A DNA stretch of 64,000 bases from Takakia lepidozioides (taxonomy: Eukaryota > Plantae > Bryophyta): positions 22,258,001 to 22,322,000 of the forward strand of contig CM060733.1 of the NCBI GenBank assembly GCA_030704615.1, given 5' to 3'. A model generated the notes under the pieces. The model saw only the letters and a program-made list of their open reading frames with translations. It was not told the origin of the DNA and ran no database searches. Positions 12,443 through 24,206 of this stretch are shown here, one piece after another (position 1 is the stretch's first letter; every line of letters begins with the position of its first letter). A program made the position numbers and the translations under genes.

Positions 12443-12988
12443 CTATGGTCCCCTCGCCCAAGAAGAAGGAACTCGAACTGGCCTCTCAAGGACCTCCTCA
12501 GTGATCGGGTGCCTATATTTGAACAAAATGTCAGTGGTTTCCATCGCCCGGTTGAAACTAACGAGGATGTCGTGTTTATCGATAGCGCCCCCTTGGTAGA
12601 AGGACATTTTCACAGTGGGCCCTGTGTTCCCCTCCTCCTCATCCTCATAACTGAAGAGAATGTCCCCACTTTCCGAGCCAGTCCGTCCACGCGTAAAGTT
12701 TTCACCTATGCACTCATCATATGTCCACTCGCAACAATTCCAGCGATACAGCAACGCTGATCTGTTCGGCTCCCACACATGCGGAAAGTCCAGGTCCATG
12801 ATGCGTAGGAACCACCTGCTCCCCAGCCGGGGTCCAGGAGAATCGTGCAATCCTGGAAGAAACTCCATTGCTCTCAGCTGGACAAGTCGAGGATCGTCCC
12901 TGTAAACATCCAGGAAGACAATGATGTCGTTTGCTTTCGGGAAAATGACTCCCGTCTGGCGTCGATAGATGTGATTCGGGCACGACAC
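12443..12988 (-). CDS. Unknown 181-aa ORF inside element A, possibly continuing into 12070-12282
   Basis: Uninterrupted ORF of globular-looking composition, convergent with the transposase and inside the TIRs. No recognised motif. Confidence 0.4.
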   Translation of the reverse strand: MSCPNHIYRRQTGVIFPKANDIIVFLDVYRDDPRLVQLRAMEFLPGLHDSPGPRLGSRWFLRIMDLDFPHVWEPNRSALLYRWNCCEWTYDECIGENFTRGRTGSESGDILFSYEDEEEGNTGPTVKMSFYQGGAIDKHDILVSFNRAMETTDILFKYRHPITEEVLERPVRVPSSWARGP

Positions 12989-13094
12989 AGCACGAACTCA
13001 AAGCAGGGAGGAGATGGGCACAACAGAGAAGAGTGAAGAGCAAAATGAGAGCAAGGCCTCCCTCACCGTAAGGTGGGTATTTGCTCTCCGACGC

Positions 13095-13565
13095 CCAATT
13101 TCGGCGCCGTTATTACATGGAGTGCGGAAGCTTCAGCCGAGAATTTTGTTTCCGCAGATCAATTTCGGCGCCGTTATTGGTTGCAATCCCCAGCCTTCAG
13201 CCGGGTATTTGGTTTCCGGACCCAATTTCGGCGCCGTTATCGGCTGCACTCCGGTGGCTTGAGCCGAGTATTTGGTTTCCGGGCCCATTTCGGCGCCGTT
13301 ATCGCCTGCACTCCGAAGGATGCAGCCGGGTATTTGGTTGGCGGAGCCCAATTACTTTCACCGTTGTTGGCTTCACTCCCGAGCCTTCAGCCGGCTATTT
13401 CTTTTCCTGTGCCCAATTACGGCGTCGTTATACCCAACCATCCTGCACTTCTGCAATAGTACTATCCACGGTTATAGGTCGCCATTGCGTTTTCGGAGTC
13501 TGCAAACCCGGATCCTAATTCCGCTTGCGTCTCTGCCTCTGGGATAATTTCGGTGCCGTTATTGC
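13095..13565. repeat. Right subterminal AATTTCGGCGCCGTTAT repeats of element A (~62-bp period)
   Basis: Copies at ~13097, 13161, 13224, 13287, 13416 (degenerate) and 13546. Confidence 0.85.
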
Positions 13566-13806
13566 CCAGAATTCAGTTATTATGACCTGGCCTGGCGGTC
13601 CATGAGCCTGGGCTCCAAGTCATGAGCGTACACTGGTACTCATGAGCGGAGTGCTTCCAGCATGAGCGCGGAAATCTTCGATTTTTGATTATTTTATAGT
13701 TTTTGGCCCGAAAAAAATCTGCCGAAATTCGAAGTGTGTTACTTTGCGGCTCATGGGTTAGCCATGCCCGCTCATGAGCTCATGAGCTCATGGAATAGCA
13801 ACCCCC

Positions 13807-14282
13807 AGATCCCCGTCGTTTCTTCTCCGCCATTTGTAACTCATAATCCTCAGCCATGTCAAAATTTCCCTCCACAGAACCAGTGGTATTTGAATCATCT
13901 TCCCACCGTTGGCCGTGCTGTTTCCTGACCTTATGTGGCTTCTCAGGAAGCTTGACTGGCATACAATGTATGCCCACCATATCTGGAAGCTTATATTGTA
14001 AGACTTGTGTCAACCTCTTTCGAGCAAGATTAGTATATGCCCGCAGCTCTTCATCTGTATAGCTGAGTGGTGTGCCGATGACTTTGGAAAAGTGCAGCCA
14101 CTTTCTGGCCTCATGCCCTTTGGGAAAAATGTGGTCAAGGCTCAAGTTCTCCTTGGCCAAGTTCTCCAGAGCAAAAAAAAACCAAGAACAGAGTTTTGGA
14201 TCCTTTTGAAGCATGACCCTTACATCATACACATATGTGTGTGGTGGAACTGGAGGTAGCGTCCAATGTTCCCCACTTGAAA
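13807..14282 (-). pseudogene. C-terminal part of the 3' extra ORF of Gypsy element E (target of element A; continues at 1-114)
   Basis: QVLQYKLPDMVGIHCMP...MAEDYELQMAEKKRRGS matches the paralogue at 43018-43616 (QVLQFKLPDMVGPHCMP; MAEDYAIQMAEKKRRGS). Confidence 0.8.
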
Positions 14283-15014
14283 TGTCGCGCACCTCACTTC
14301 GGTAAGCTCCCCTTCAAGTCATAGTTACTCGCTCCGATGCGCGCGCCTGACTCCCAACCTGGCCGCCCGGGCCAACTTGGAGCTTCGGCTGCTCACCGGG
14401 ACATAACGGTCCCCCCTTCGCTTCCCACTAAACCCTCCACCTATTTGGGCCTAGGAGAATTCCCTTTGGTAGATGGCAGTCCGGAACAGCTCCCCACTCT
14501 TTGGTCGCTTTCCGGCTCGCTCGCTTACTCACTAGTTTTTGGTCACCAACGGGCTTGCACCGTTCTCGGGGTCACTACTCCCCTTATATATACTTCTGTA
14601 GCTGTCCGCGGGGGTTTCACAACCAGCCATGCCATTTTATGGCGAACCACCACAAAAACCCTCGACTCCCGGTGATGAGTCGCGGTGAGTCTTGGCCCAC
14701 TCACCACGGCCCCTCTGGACCGTGATGAGTCCCAAGACTCCCCACGACTCCCACCACGAGGTCTCCGCCCCCATGGTGAGTCCTATGCCACCCCCACTAA
14801 GTCCCGCTAAGCTACCACCACCCCTTGTGAAGCCACCCCCACCGCAACCCGGTGTGCGGGGCTCCACCTAGTGAGCGCCTCCGCCTCCTTGAGTGCCTTG
14901 GGCACTCAAGGGTGCTTCAGCCCCCCCCCATACCTATCGCTGCCGCTGCCCCCACCACAGGGGCAGCCCCTCGTGTGTCCCGACCCCCTGCCCTCAAGGC
15001 AAAGGGCCGCGACA
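14283..15014 (-). repeat. 3' LTR of chromovirus D
   Basis: Reverse complement of the solo LTR at 28266-28976. Preceded on the minus strand by the purine-rich GGTAGGGGTGTG. Confidence 0.92.
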
Positions 15015-15919
15015 CACACCCCTACCAACAGGGAGTCGATGTCCTCATCGACTTGTCCATTTTGTAGAAACGAACATCCAAGTTGTGGTGTCCCACATCA
15101 AGGAGTTTGTTTCCGTACCATGGCGTCCCATGGCAAAGAACCAAACCCCACACTTGACTCTACTCTCCACTAGCTAGTTCGGCCGACTTCCTCCAAGTCC
15201 CGGCCAAAGGTGGAGCCTCTCCAGCTCCTCCCAGTGCACTCTTCTTGGCCTACTTCAAGGCCAAGGAACGATCCTCCCCGAGGATCGAATCGCCTTACTG
15301 CAACAACATTGCTTGCGATCGCTTATGATGCCGCTTTTGGCGTCACCTTGAGCAAGGGTTCCCTGGAACCTTCTTTGACTAGGATGATAACCTTGAACCA
15401 ACCGTGCGCCCCAATCACTACAATTGGGTCCGCCTTGGAATGCTGGCCTGAGGTACGGGAACATGCCGAAGCCGCACTACGACTTCGTCCCGAGGCTACA
15501 CGATTATAGTACGTGAACGGAAGCACGTAGCTTCCGCGTTAGCCCACACTACAAGGCAACCCCCTCGGTAGCGCAGTTATAGTACGCGCACGCGCCAGGT
15601 GCGCACTAGCACGTGAACTCCCAAAGAAGTCGCAAGTTTCCTTGCCCCTTGGATGGGGGTCACCCGATTTCGGCACTACGCAAACACACGATTAACCCAA
15701 TTTACCTCTCCCACTTTTATAAGCTAGCATGCATTCTACACACTAGCCAACCATACCATGCATCACCATTCCAAACAAAATAGGACGCACAACATTTGGA
15801 ACCCATTTCCTTTATAACAAATTTTTGTACAATACAAGTTTTTGTAATCGGATTCCTAAGCTAGCTAAGCCGGGCTAAGCATGCATTTCCTCCCCCACGC
15901 TCCAAGGTTGATGTCCCCA

Positions 15920-18900
15920 TCAACGTTTCTTCCGCTTTTGAGGTCGCCCTTCGAAAGCTACAACCGCCTCGGATGCGTTTCTCATTTCTGAGGCACGCAC
16001 CCAAGATGCCTGCACATGATGATAGCCCTTCCATTTGACGAGATACTCCGTTTCTCGGTTCTTGAACCTCCTCGACTTAAGTATTGCCTCCACCTCGTAC
16101 TCAGGTTCATTTTCATGATCCAACAGCATAGGTGGCGGACGCAACACTTGATGCCGATTCGGACGCGCTTCATCTTTGAAGTAAGGCTTCAAAAGGGAGA
16201 CATGGAATACTGGGTGCACCTTGCTGTTTGCCGGCAGTCGTAGGTCGGAAGGCGGTGCTCATCTTCAGCCTCGTCCCCATCTTCTTCCAAGGTGCCCTCC
16301 AAAATTTACTCGTAAACTTTGGATCGCGGTCCGAGACAATATCCTTCGGGACTCCATGATGCTTTAAGACGTGGGCGAAGTAAAGTCGCCCTGTCTCCTG
16401 CGCCGTTGCCGTCTCCTTGGTGGGGATGAAATGGCCCATTTTACTGAACCTATCCCCCACCACCATGATTGCATCGAATCCCTTTTGACAGCGGCATAGC
16501 AGTCATGAAATCCATCGAGACGCTTTCCCAAGTCCCCTCTGGAATCGGCAAGGGTTGTAACAGCCCCGCTTGCTTTTTGTACTCGCTCCGGTTTTGTTGG
16601 CATGTGGTGCATGTCTTGACATACTCCTCTGCCTCCTCCCTCAGTTTGGGCCAGAAATACTCTTTCTTCAAGAGTGCCGCAGTGCGCTTGGCTCCGCCGT
16701 GGCCCGCAAGCGGGCTATCATGGCATTCTCTCAAGAGGCTATCTCTGATCCCTCCCTTCGGCACGTAGAGACACTTTTGCTTATACCGGAGCAGTCCATT
16801 TTGCAAGTGGAACTGCGATTTAACCCCCATCCTCAAGTCCTGCATCATGGACTTCGCCAGCTCATCCTTCCGGCAAGCCTTCCGGATCTTCCTTTGGAGC
16901 GTCGTCTCGCCCTTGTACACCAACAAGAGCTGCTGCTTTCTACTTAAAGCATCGGCCACCACGTTGTCTCGTCCCGATTTGTACTGGATATCCACGTCGA
17001 ACACCGCCAAAGTATCTTGCCACCTAAGTTGTTTTGGGGACAACTTGGGCTGCGTGGCAAAATACTTCACCGTGACATTGTCCGTGAACACCTTCACTGG
17101 GTTGGAACCAACATAGTGGCGCCAAAGCTCAAGACAGTGCACCATTGCCTTCATCTCATTCTCGTGCGTCGGCCACCGTCGCTCCACTTCATTCAGTTTC
17201 TTACTTTCGTAAGCCACTGGGCGTCCATCTTGCATTAGTACACCCCCAATCGCGAAGTCCGACGCATCTGTGTGTATCTCGAACGGACGATCGAACTCCG
17301 GGATTTTCAAGACTAGAGCTTCCGCCATCCGCTGCTTCAATTCAGCAAAAGCTTGGCCACAAAAGGTGTTCCATGCCCAGACTTTAGATTTACACAGAAG
17401 GTCTGACAGCGGCCCCGCAATCTTGGCGAAATTTCTAACATACTTCCGGTAATAGGAGGCGAGTCCTAGGAAGGATCGCACTCCCGGGACCGAAGTCGGA
17501 GGCTCCCAGTCCAAGATCGCCCTCACCTTTCTGTCATCCATTTTGACCCCATCATGTGTAATCACATGCCTCAGGAACTCCACTTTTGTGACCCCGAATT
17601 CGCACTTTGAAGCTTTGGCATACAGCTTCCCTTCCCGCAATTTTGGAACACCCTTTTCAGGTGCTCCAGGTGCTCCTCCTTTGTTTTCGAGTACACCAAG
17701 ATGTCGTCGATGTACACGATCACAAAGTCATCCAACCACTCCTGGAAAAGGTTGTTCATCAACGTGCTAAATGTCGCTGGTGCATTGGTGAGCCCAAAAG
17801 GCATCACCAAGAACTCATATGAACCATACCTTGTCCTGCACGCGGTCTTCTCCTCATCTCCTTCCGCCACCCGAATTTGGTGATAACCGGAGCGCAAGTC
17901 GATCCGGCTGAAATACTTCGCTCCTGCCAATCGATCAAAGAGGTCGTCGATCCTTGGCAAAGGGTACCGGTTTTTGATAGTCACCTTATTCAGAGCCCTG
18001 TAATCGACACACATCCGCAGCGTCCCATCCTTCTTGTCTGCAAATAGCACCAGGGCTCCGTAAGGTGACTTACTCGGCCGGATGTACCCCTTTGACATTA
18101 GATCCTTGAGCTGAGTCTTCAGCTCGACCAACTCTCTGTGGCTCAACCGGTAGGGCGCCTTGGCAGGCGGTTCCGATCCCGGTATCACCTCAATCTTGTG
18201 GTCAACTCCTCTTCGCGGTGGCAAGCCGCTTGGTAAATCCTCCGGCATCACATCCTGGTATTTCTCCAAAATCCTCTTGATCCAATCTGGGCTCGGCTCC
18301 CCATCGCCTTCTCCTTTCACTTCTCTAATGTAAAGCAAAAATTGGGGCTCGTGTGCCTCCTCCACGGCCCACTCCGTTGCTGACAGAAGGTTTATTCGCC
18401 CTCCACGGATTTGGGCGTTTCCGACACTTGTAAAACCTCGCCACCATTCCCACATGGCAGCGTGACTACTCTCTTGCGGCCATCTATGACCGCTCCGGAT
18501 TTGCTCAAAAAGGTCATCCCCAAAATGAGATCCACTCCATCGATCTCGCAGATGGTGAAGTTCTCACGTCCCTCCCAACTCCCCAGTTGAAGAGGAACAT
18601 CAAACGCCAACCTTGTCACCAACTGAGGTTCTCCTTTGGCAGAGCGCACCTCAATAGAGGCCCCCACGTCACTTGTCGGGAGTCCCAACTTTCGCACCGC
18701 CGCCGGCGTCATGAAGGAGTGCGACGCTCCTGTGTCCACCAACAACGACACGTTAGTTCCGGATATTATCCCATCCACGAACAATAACTGACTCCCTTTA
18801 CGCAGGGCGCCAGTTTCCTGATACAACTCACAAGAATAGTTGCCTACCTTGCAAGTCCTAGCGACCACCGCTTCCACCAAGCGACTGATGGTATCTTCCG

Positions 18901-20009
18901 ACAGCTCCGTGGTTGCCCGAGTCAGGTTCAATTGTCGAGGTTTTGTGCACTTCTTGGCCATGTGCCCGGGCTCCCCGCAATTGAAACACACTCCATCAAA
19001 GGTCGCCTTCTGTCCGCCATAAGCTGCTCCACCCGCTTTTCCTTTCGAAGCACCGGGTGCCGCCTTGACGTGTGAAGGCCCTCCCTTCGATTTCCACGTG
19101 CTATTGTCGCCGCGTGGCCTATCCCACTTCTTTTCCGGTCGGGAGGAGTCACCTTCCCGCCGGGTCTTCTTGTGGTTCAGCTCCGTACGGCCTTGTCTCT
19201 CACCCCTAGGGACATCCGAGAAACATTCAGCCCTCTCAATTGCCTCGTTCAAAGTCTTGGGTGGCTTTTCCTCCAACTTCCGCCTGGCCCATGGGGCCAG
19301 TCCCGCCACAAAGTTGAAGACCATTTCTGGTTCTGCCATGTCCGCGACTTCGAGCAACAGCACATTGAAAGCCTGGACGTACCCCCGAATGTCATCTGTT
19401 TGCTTCAAATTCCTCATCTTGTCCCGGGCAAGCCAGGACGCGTTGAGGGGCACAAACTGTCTCTTCATCAATTCCTTGAACCCACTCCAGTTCAAGGTTT
19501 CCGGGCTTGGGCCTCGGTCGTGAAGGCGTTTCTGCCACCATTGTTGAGCATAGCCCCTCAAATAGGTGGGAGCCACTTCCACCCGATCCTCGTCACTCAA
19601 CTTGGCCGCCCGGAAGTACTGCTCTAGCTCCAGGAGCCAGGTGTTGAGTGCCTTCCGATTTCGGACGCCCTCGAAGGTGTCGGGTTCCTTAGGCTTCACC
19701 TTAAACTTTGCCTTAGTGGAAGTGGCATTAGCCGCCTTCAACACGTCTTTCAACGTCCCCCAAACTGCGCCAACAACCCTTCCCAAAAGGCTGCCGACAT
19801 GGGAGGCATCTGTTGGTCGGTCGGAGCTCTCACGGATTCCTCGGGCTCAGACTCCTCGGATTCCTCCCGCTCTTGAGCGGCCTTGCTTTCAGAAACCTGC
19901 GTCGCTTCCTCAAACGGCCGCTTCGGTGATACATCGCCCCCATCGGGCTCACCAGGATCATCATCTTTTGGGCCGTTCCGCTTTCGCTTTGGCTTGCCCG
20001 ACCCCATGA
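15920..20009 (-). pseudogene. gag-pol of chromovirus D (frameshifted, integrase partly deleted)
   Basis: Gag KPKEPDTFEG and zinc knuckle CFNCGEPGHMAKKC. Protease [23 protein letters not shown]. RNase H TDASDFAIG. Integrase HH-CC and SMDF/SDRD. Chromodomain EYEVEAIL...YLVKWKGY. Confidence 0.93.
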
Positions 20010-20101
20010 TGAGGCCAATCCCAAGGACGATCGCGTACTGAACTCTAAGGCAGCCCCTTGTGTGTCCCGACCCCCTGCCCTCAAGGCAAAGGGCCGCGAC
20101 A

Positions 20102-22840
20102 TGAAACCTCATCTGCATCTTCTGCTGCTCAGTGTGGTAGCGTAAAACAAAATAAGCAGCATAATACATCCCACAGCCCATGACCAAACTAGGTATCTCC
20201 TTGGTCTTGGTGTAGATGAATCCATGAATGATCTGGAAGGCAATTAATTCCTTCAGCATGGTTCCTGCCTCAGACCAATACCGTGCAAAATGGTGATTTT
20301 TATTAGGTCTGTCAGTTGGAAGAACCTTAGTCCGAGTGGCAACCAAATGCGCATAATCTGGTAATAGTGTGTCAAAGACTCTGGAGGACTGAATTCTTTC
20401 CAAGCTACATCCATAACAATGGAAATTTGGTTGAAGGGCAGAATCATAGCCCGATTATATTCAAGTTCAGCAGGAGTAGTAGGTGGGTTAAAAGAAGCAT
20501 CACCCCAAATTTCAGACAGTGATTGATGTTGTGCCATGGTATCAACACTGTCTACCTGGTGTGGCTGTTGTGATGTCGTTCCCATAGTCCTTCCTGATGT
20601 TGGTAGGTCCTGCACTTCCTGTGCTGAAGATTGAAAAATCAAAGTCCTTGCCTGCAAGTAAGTAGCCATGAGCTATTCCTCAGGAACAAAGACCATTTTC
20701 TCTGCAATGTTGAAGCTCAACTCATCCACTTGAGTCTGAAGCCCTTCCACATCCTCCTGCAACTCGGCTATCCGACTATAGACATTGTCTATAGTGGTTG
20801 TGGGAATGTTCTGCACCCGTAGCCTGAGATCATTCATCTCATCTTGGGTCAAGACCCGCCCTAATTAAATTCTCATTCTCAAGTTGTAGGGCAGTTTAGT
20901 GTCCTCCAATTCTTGCTGCAACTTGAGGTTGGCCTCCACATCCACCTTGTTTGCACACTCATTGACAATTATTGCCTCAAACTCTTGTTTGAGCTCCTCC
21001 CGCAATGCTGCCAACTGAGTGGAAGGAACATGAGCCTGGAAATAGGTGCCCAACAGGTTGAGAGTCATGCTTATGGAACTCATAACCATGGCCTGCTGTG
21101 GGTCTTCATGGAAAACATGTTGCTGTTCTTCCTGATTATCAACACTTTGATGTTTCACAAACCAATTAGGTCAGGATTCCACAGGATCTTGTTCCTGAGC
21201 AACCTCATCTTCCACAGGTGCTGCAGTACCCTTGCCCTTTACCCCTTCAACCTCTAACACAGGTTTGGGCACAACCTGCACATCAGGGATTTTCTTGGGC
21301 TGACTCTGTATCTTTGGTATCATGGGGTCTCCGACCATACCAGAGTTTTCATAGAGAAGATCGCCCTTCTCAATTTTTGCCACTACTTGCTCTGTAATGG
21401 GATTGTCCAATCCCTCTCTCTCCACAATAAGAGGCTCCGGTGTAACAGCAAGTCCAGTCTGAGTTACCGCTGGGGCAACTTGGTCAGCTTGTTGTGCTGG
21501 CCGTGGTACTGAAGTGACTTCATCCTCCCTCTCTAACGGCCGTGCTTCCAGTAATAACAGCTCATTGTGCTGCTGCACCCCATCCTGTGCAGGAGCTATG
21601 GAAACATCATCGTGAGGGTTCTTTGTGGCAAGTGGAGCCGCCATTACGGTTTCGTTCCTCTTCTGTCTCTTGGATTGGTGCTGCCTCTCTAATCCGCCTT
21701 CACCTTGTGAAGAGCCTAGCTCTTCAACTGTGACTGCCTCAAACACCCCTATTACCTTGCGTTCTTGCGCATCAAGCAGGCAAGAATCAAAGATAATATG
21801 TGCAATAATTGGGCCAGACACAATGATTGGGGATTTGGCAGCAGTAGTCTGCAGTCATTTCATATCCTCCACTAGACCACTGTGCATCATCTCCGCCCAA
21901 GCTACATCCCTATTTTCAAAGCTTTCAAAACCTCTTCCGTAAAAGATCTGCTAAGATACTGTTGGTTATGTTTCATGGCAAACAAAATGTTTAGTATCTA
22001 GCCAATGTCCCTCAACCCTGGATACTCGGCTTTGGTGCAAGTGAATCCCTGGTTCTTGAAAAAACTCTTTTCTTGGAAAAGATCCCCTATTTGCAATCTT
22101 GCCCTGTGCTCATCCACGCTCACATTACCAGATGGTAAATCAAAAAGCTGTTGCAAGTACTGCGGAGTAACTTGTATATATACGCCTTTCACCTGGGTAA
22201 CTCCTGTCCTTGGCTCAAAGTTCTTGATGAACTGGATCATCAAATCCCAATAATGCAAAGACCACTCTTTGCGCAACAGCCCCTCCAACCGCAACTCCTT
22301 CAACAGCTGCACTGCCTGTGGTGTGGTGATTGTTTGCCTCTGTAAGATCGTCGTGCTCTTCACTCGTAGATCCTCCATTTCTCTAATTCGCTTCATCCCG
22401 GACAAACAAGAAGGCCTTGTTTGGAATAACTGCAAGAAGGTTTGCAATGCGTATAGCATGAAAGTGTGATTAGCACAGAATGGAACAGGTAAGTGTGTGT
22501 AAGTCTGCGGGGCTTGCAAACAGTGAGTGAGAGAGAAAGTACTTTCGTCCTGTCTTTCCTTGCGCCACTGCGTAAGAAGTAGAGCTAGTGTATAGTCCGT
22601 GATATCCGCCATAGCTACAAAGCTATAGCTTTGATTGCCCCTCCTGTTGAGACATTGGTTATCCGGGATAACACCTATTCTTCCGCTCATAATCTTCTTA
22701 ATTTCTTGTTCTTGTTTCTTGAATGGAGTCTCTTGCACAAAATTCACGTTTTTGATTGGTCGTTGCCTCATTAGGTAATTTTTCATTTTTACCCTATTCC
22801 GTTCACATTCCATCTTGGAATGACCACTAGGACTGTGCAC
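20102..22840 (-). pseudogene. Long extra ORF 3' of integrase in non-chromoviral Gypsy element E
   Basis: ORF pieces 21998-22840, 21171-21821, 20865-21158, 20253-20669 and 19750-20403. Paralogues at 41724-42063 and 59266-60960. Confidence 0.75.
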
Positions 22841-23228
22841 ATATGTGGCAAAGGTTCCCCTTTGCCGGACGTGTAAAGTGTTCCGTTACCTGTCCTCTTG
22901 ATGCATTATTGGGCTCATGATAAGTTTCGGCTGATGTACGGGGTAGATACTTTGACGGCCCTGTTTGTCTTCTTGTGTGATAGCGCTCATTATTGCAGTA
23001 CATGCAATGCGGAGTGCTTCGCCCCTTAGGCCACGTGTTTGAATTCAAACATTCTCTCGTCTCCTTCTGTCCCCATGGCACATTCTCCGTGTTTGACTCC
23101 CAAACTGTCTTTATACTTACCGGCCACTTTACTGTCGTTAACTCGTGTCCACCTGCCACTGCTATAATGGACTGTGCAACCTATGCGGGTTGTGTTGCCT
23201 GTGATGGGCTGTGACAAGCTGTGACAGA

Positions 23229-24206
23229 CTATGGTAGGCTGTGTTGGCTGTGTGAACACCTGTGTTCACTGCTATGGCCATACACATTCAACGTTATGAC
23301 AAGTGCTTCATGCTCCGCTGGTGCTACTGATGTAGTCTGTGACTGCATCTGTGTTTCAAGATGCAAATCATGCTGCAATGGTCTATCATGGATACCACTG
23401 TATCCCTTCAACTTGTTGGCATTGACTCTACCAAGCATCTCTTTGTTGATAGTTTGTAACATAGATGTGTTGTTATTATACATCTTCTGTATGTCATAAG
23501 GTCCTTTCCATGGTGATTTAAGCTTAGAAGCTTTAATCTTTTCCTTCTTCTGCAACCACGGTACCAAATCACCTGTCTTGCAGTTTGCCTTCATCAAACC
23601 GATCCTTTCTTTTCATCTGAATTCTGGCCATGTTATCTGCTGCATCGGCACGTACTTCTTCCACATGATATAGTTCATGTTTCCTTATTTTAATTGAATC
23701 CTCCAATTCCATTCTCCTTCCCCATTTAGTTCTCATGGTAGGTAATAAGAATTCCACTGGAAGTAAAGCTTCCATGCCATAGACCAATTGAAATGGTGTA
23801 TACCTCATGGTAACTTTGTATGAAGTCCTGTAAGACCACAAAGCTGTTAACAACTTTGTATCCCATTCTGTCATGTTCGCATTAACTATCTTAGCCAAGA
23901 TAGTGCATAGTATTTTGTTAGTGGCCTCTGCCTGCCCATTGCCCTGTGGGTAATAGGTTGCACTCTTCTTGTGCACAATCATGAACTCCTTAGTCAACAG
24001 TTCAATGGTCTCATTAATGAAATGACTTCCCTGGTCACTGATAAATCTAAGGGACAGCCATCTCTTGTGATAATATTCTCATATAGGATGGACTTAGCTG
24101 TGTTGTCTCTCAGAGCCTTAGCTTCCACCCATTTTGTGGTATAATCAGTGGCTGTGATTACATACTTGTTCTGTGTATTCCTAGCAAGTGGATTGATTGG
24201 CCCAAC
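23229..24206 (-). pseudogene. Integrase C-terminal part of Gypsy element E
   Basis: YYPQGNGQAEATNK, WSYRTSYK, TPFQLVYG and KLKSPWKGPY. Paralogous to 57900-58800. Interrupted at 24207 by an LTR. Confidence 0.9.

Larger units (their letters stand above)
115..13806. mobile_element. MULE/Mutator-like DNA transposon, element A (~13.7 kb), with transposase, ParB-methyltransferase-like gene and a third ORF
   Basis: Left end GAGGTTTACTATTTCATGAGC (115-135) and right end GCTCATGGAATAGCAACCCCC (13786-13806) are imperfect 21-bp inverted repeats, with CATGAGC/GCTCATG iterations just inside. A 10-bp direct repeat AGATCCCCGT flanks both ends (105-114, 13807-13816). A paralogous empty site (GAGATCCCCGTCGTTTCTTCT) lies at ~43194-43214. 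Confidence 0.93.
14283..20101 (-). mobile_element. Chromoviral Ty3/Gypsy LTR retrotransposon (element D), with the 5' LTR internally deleted
   Basis: TG...CA ends. 5-bp TSD TGAAA (14278-14282, 20102-20106). Only 53 bp of the 5' LTR remain (20049-20101). Domain order gag-PR-RT-RH-IN-chromodomain. Confidence 0.93.
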
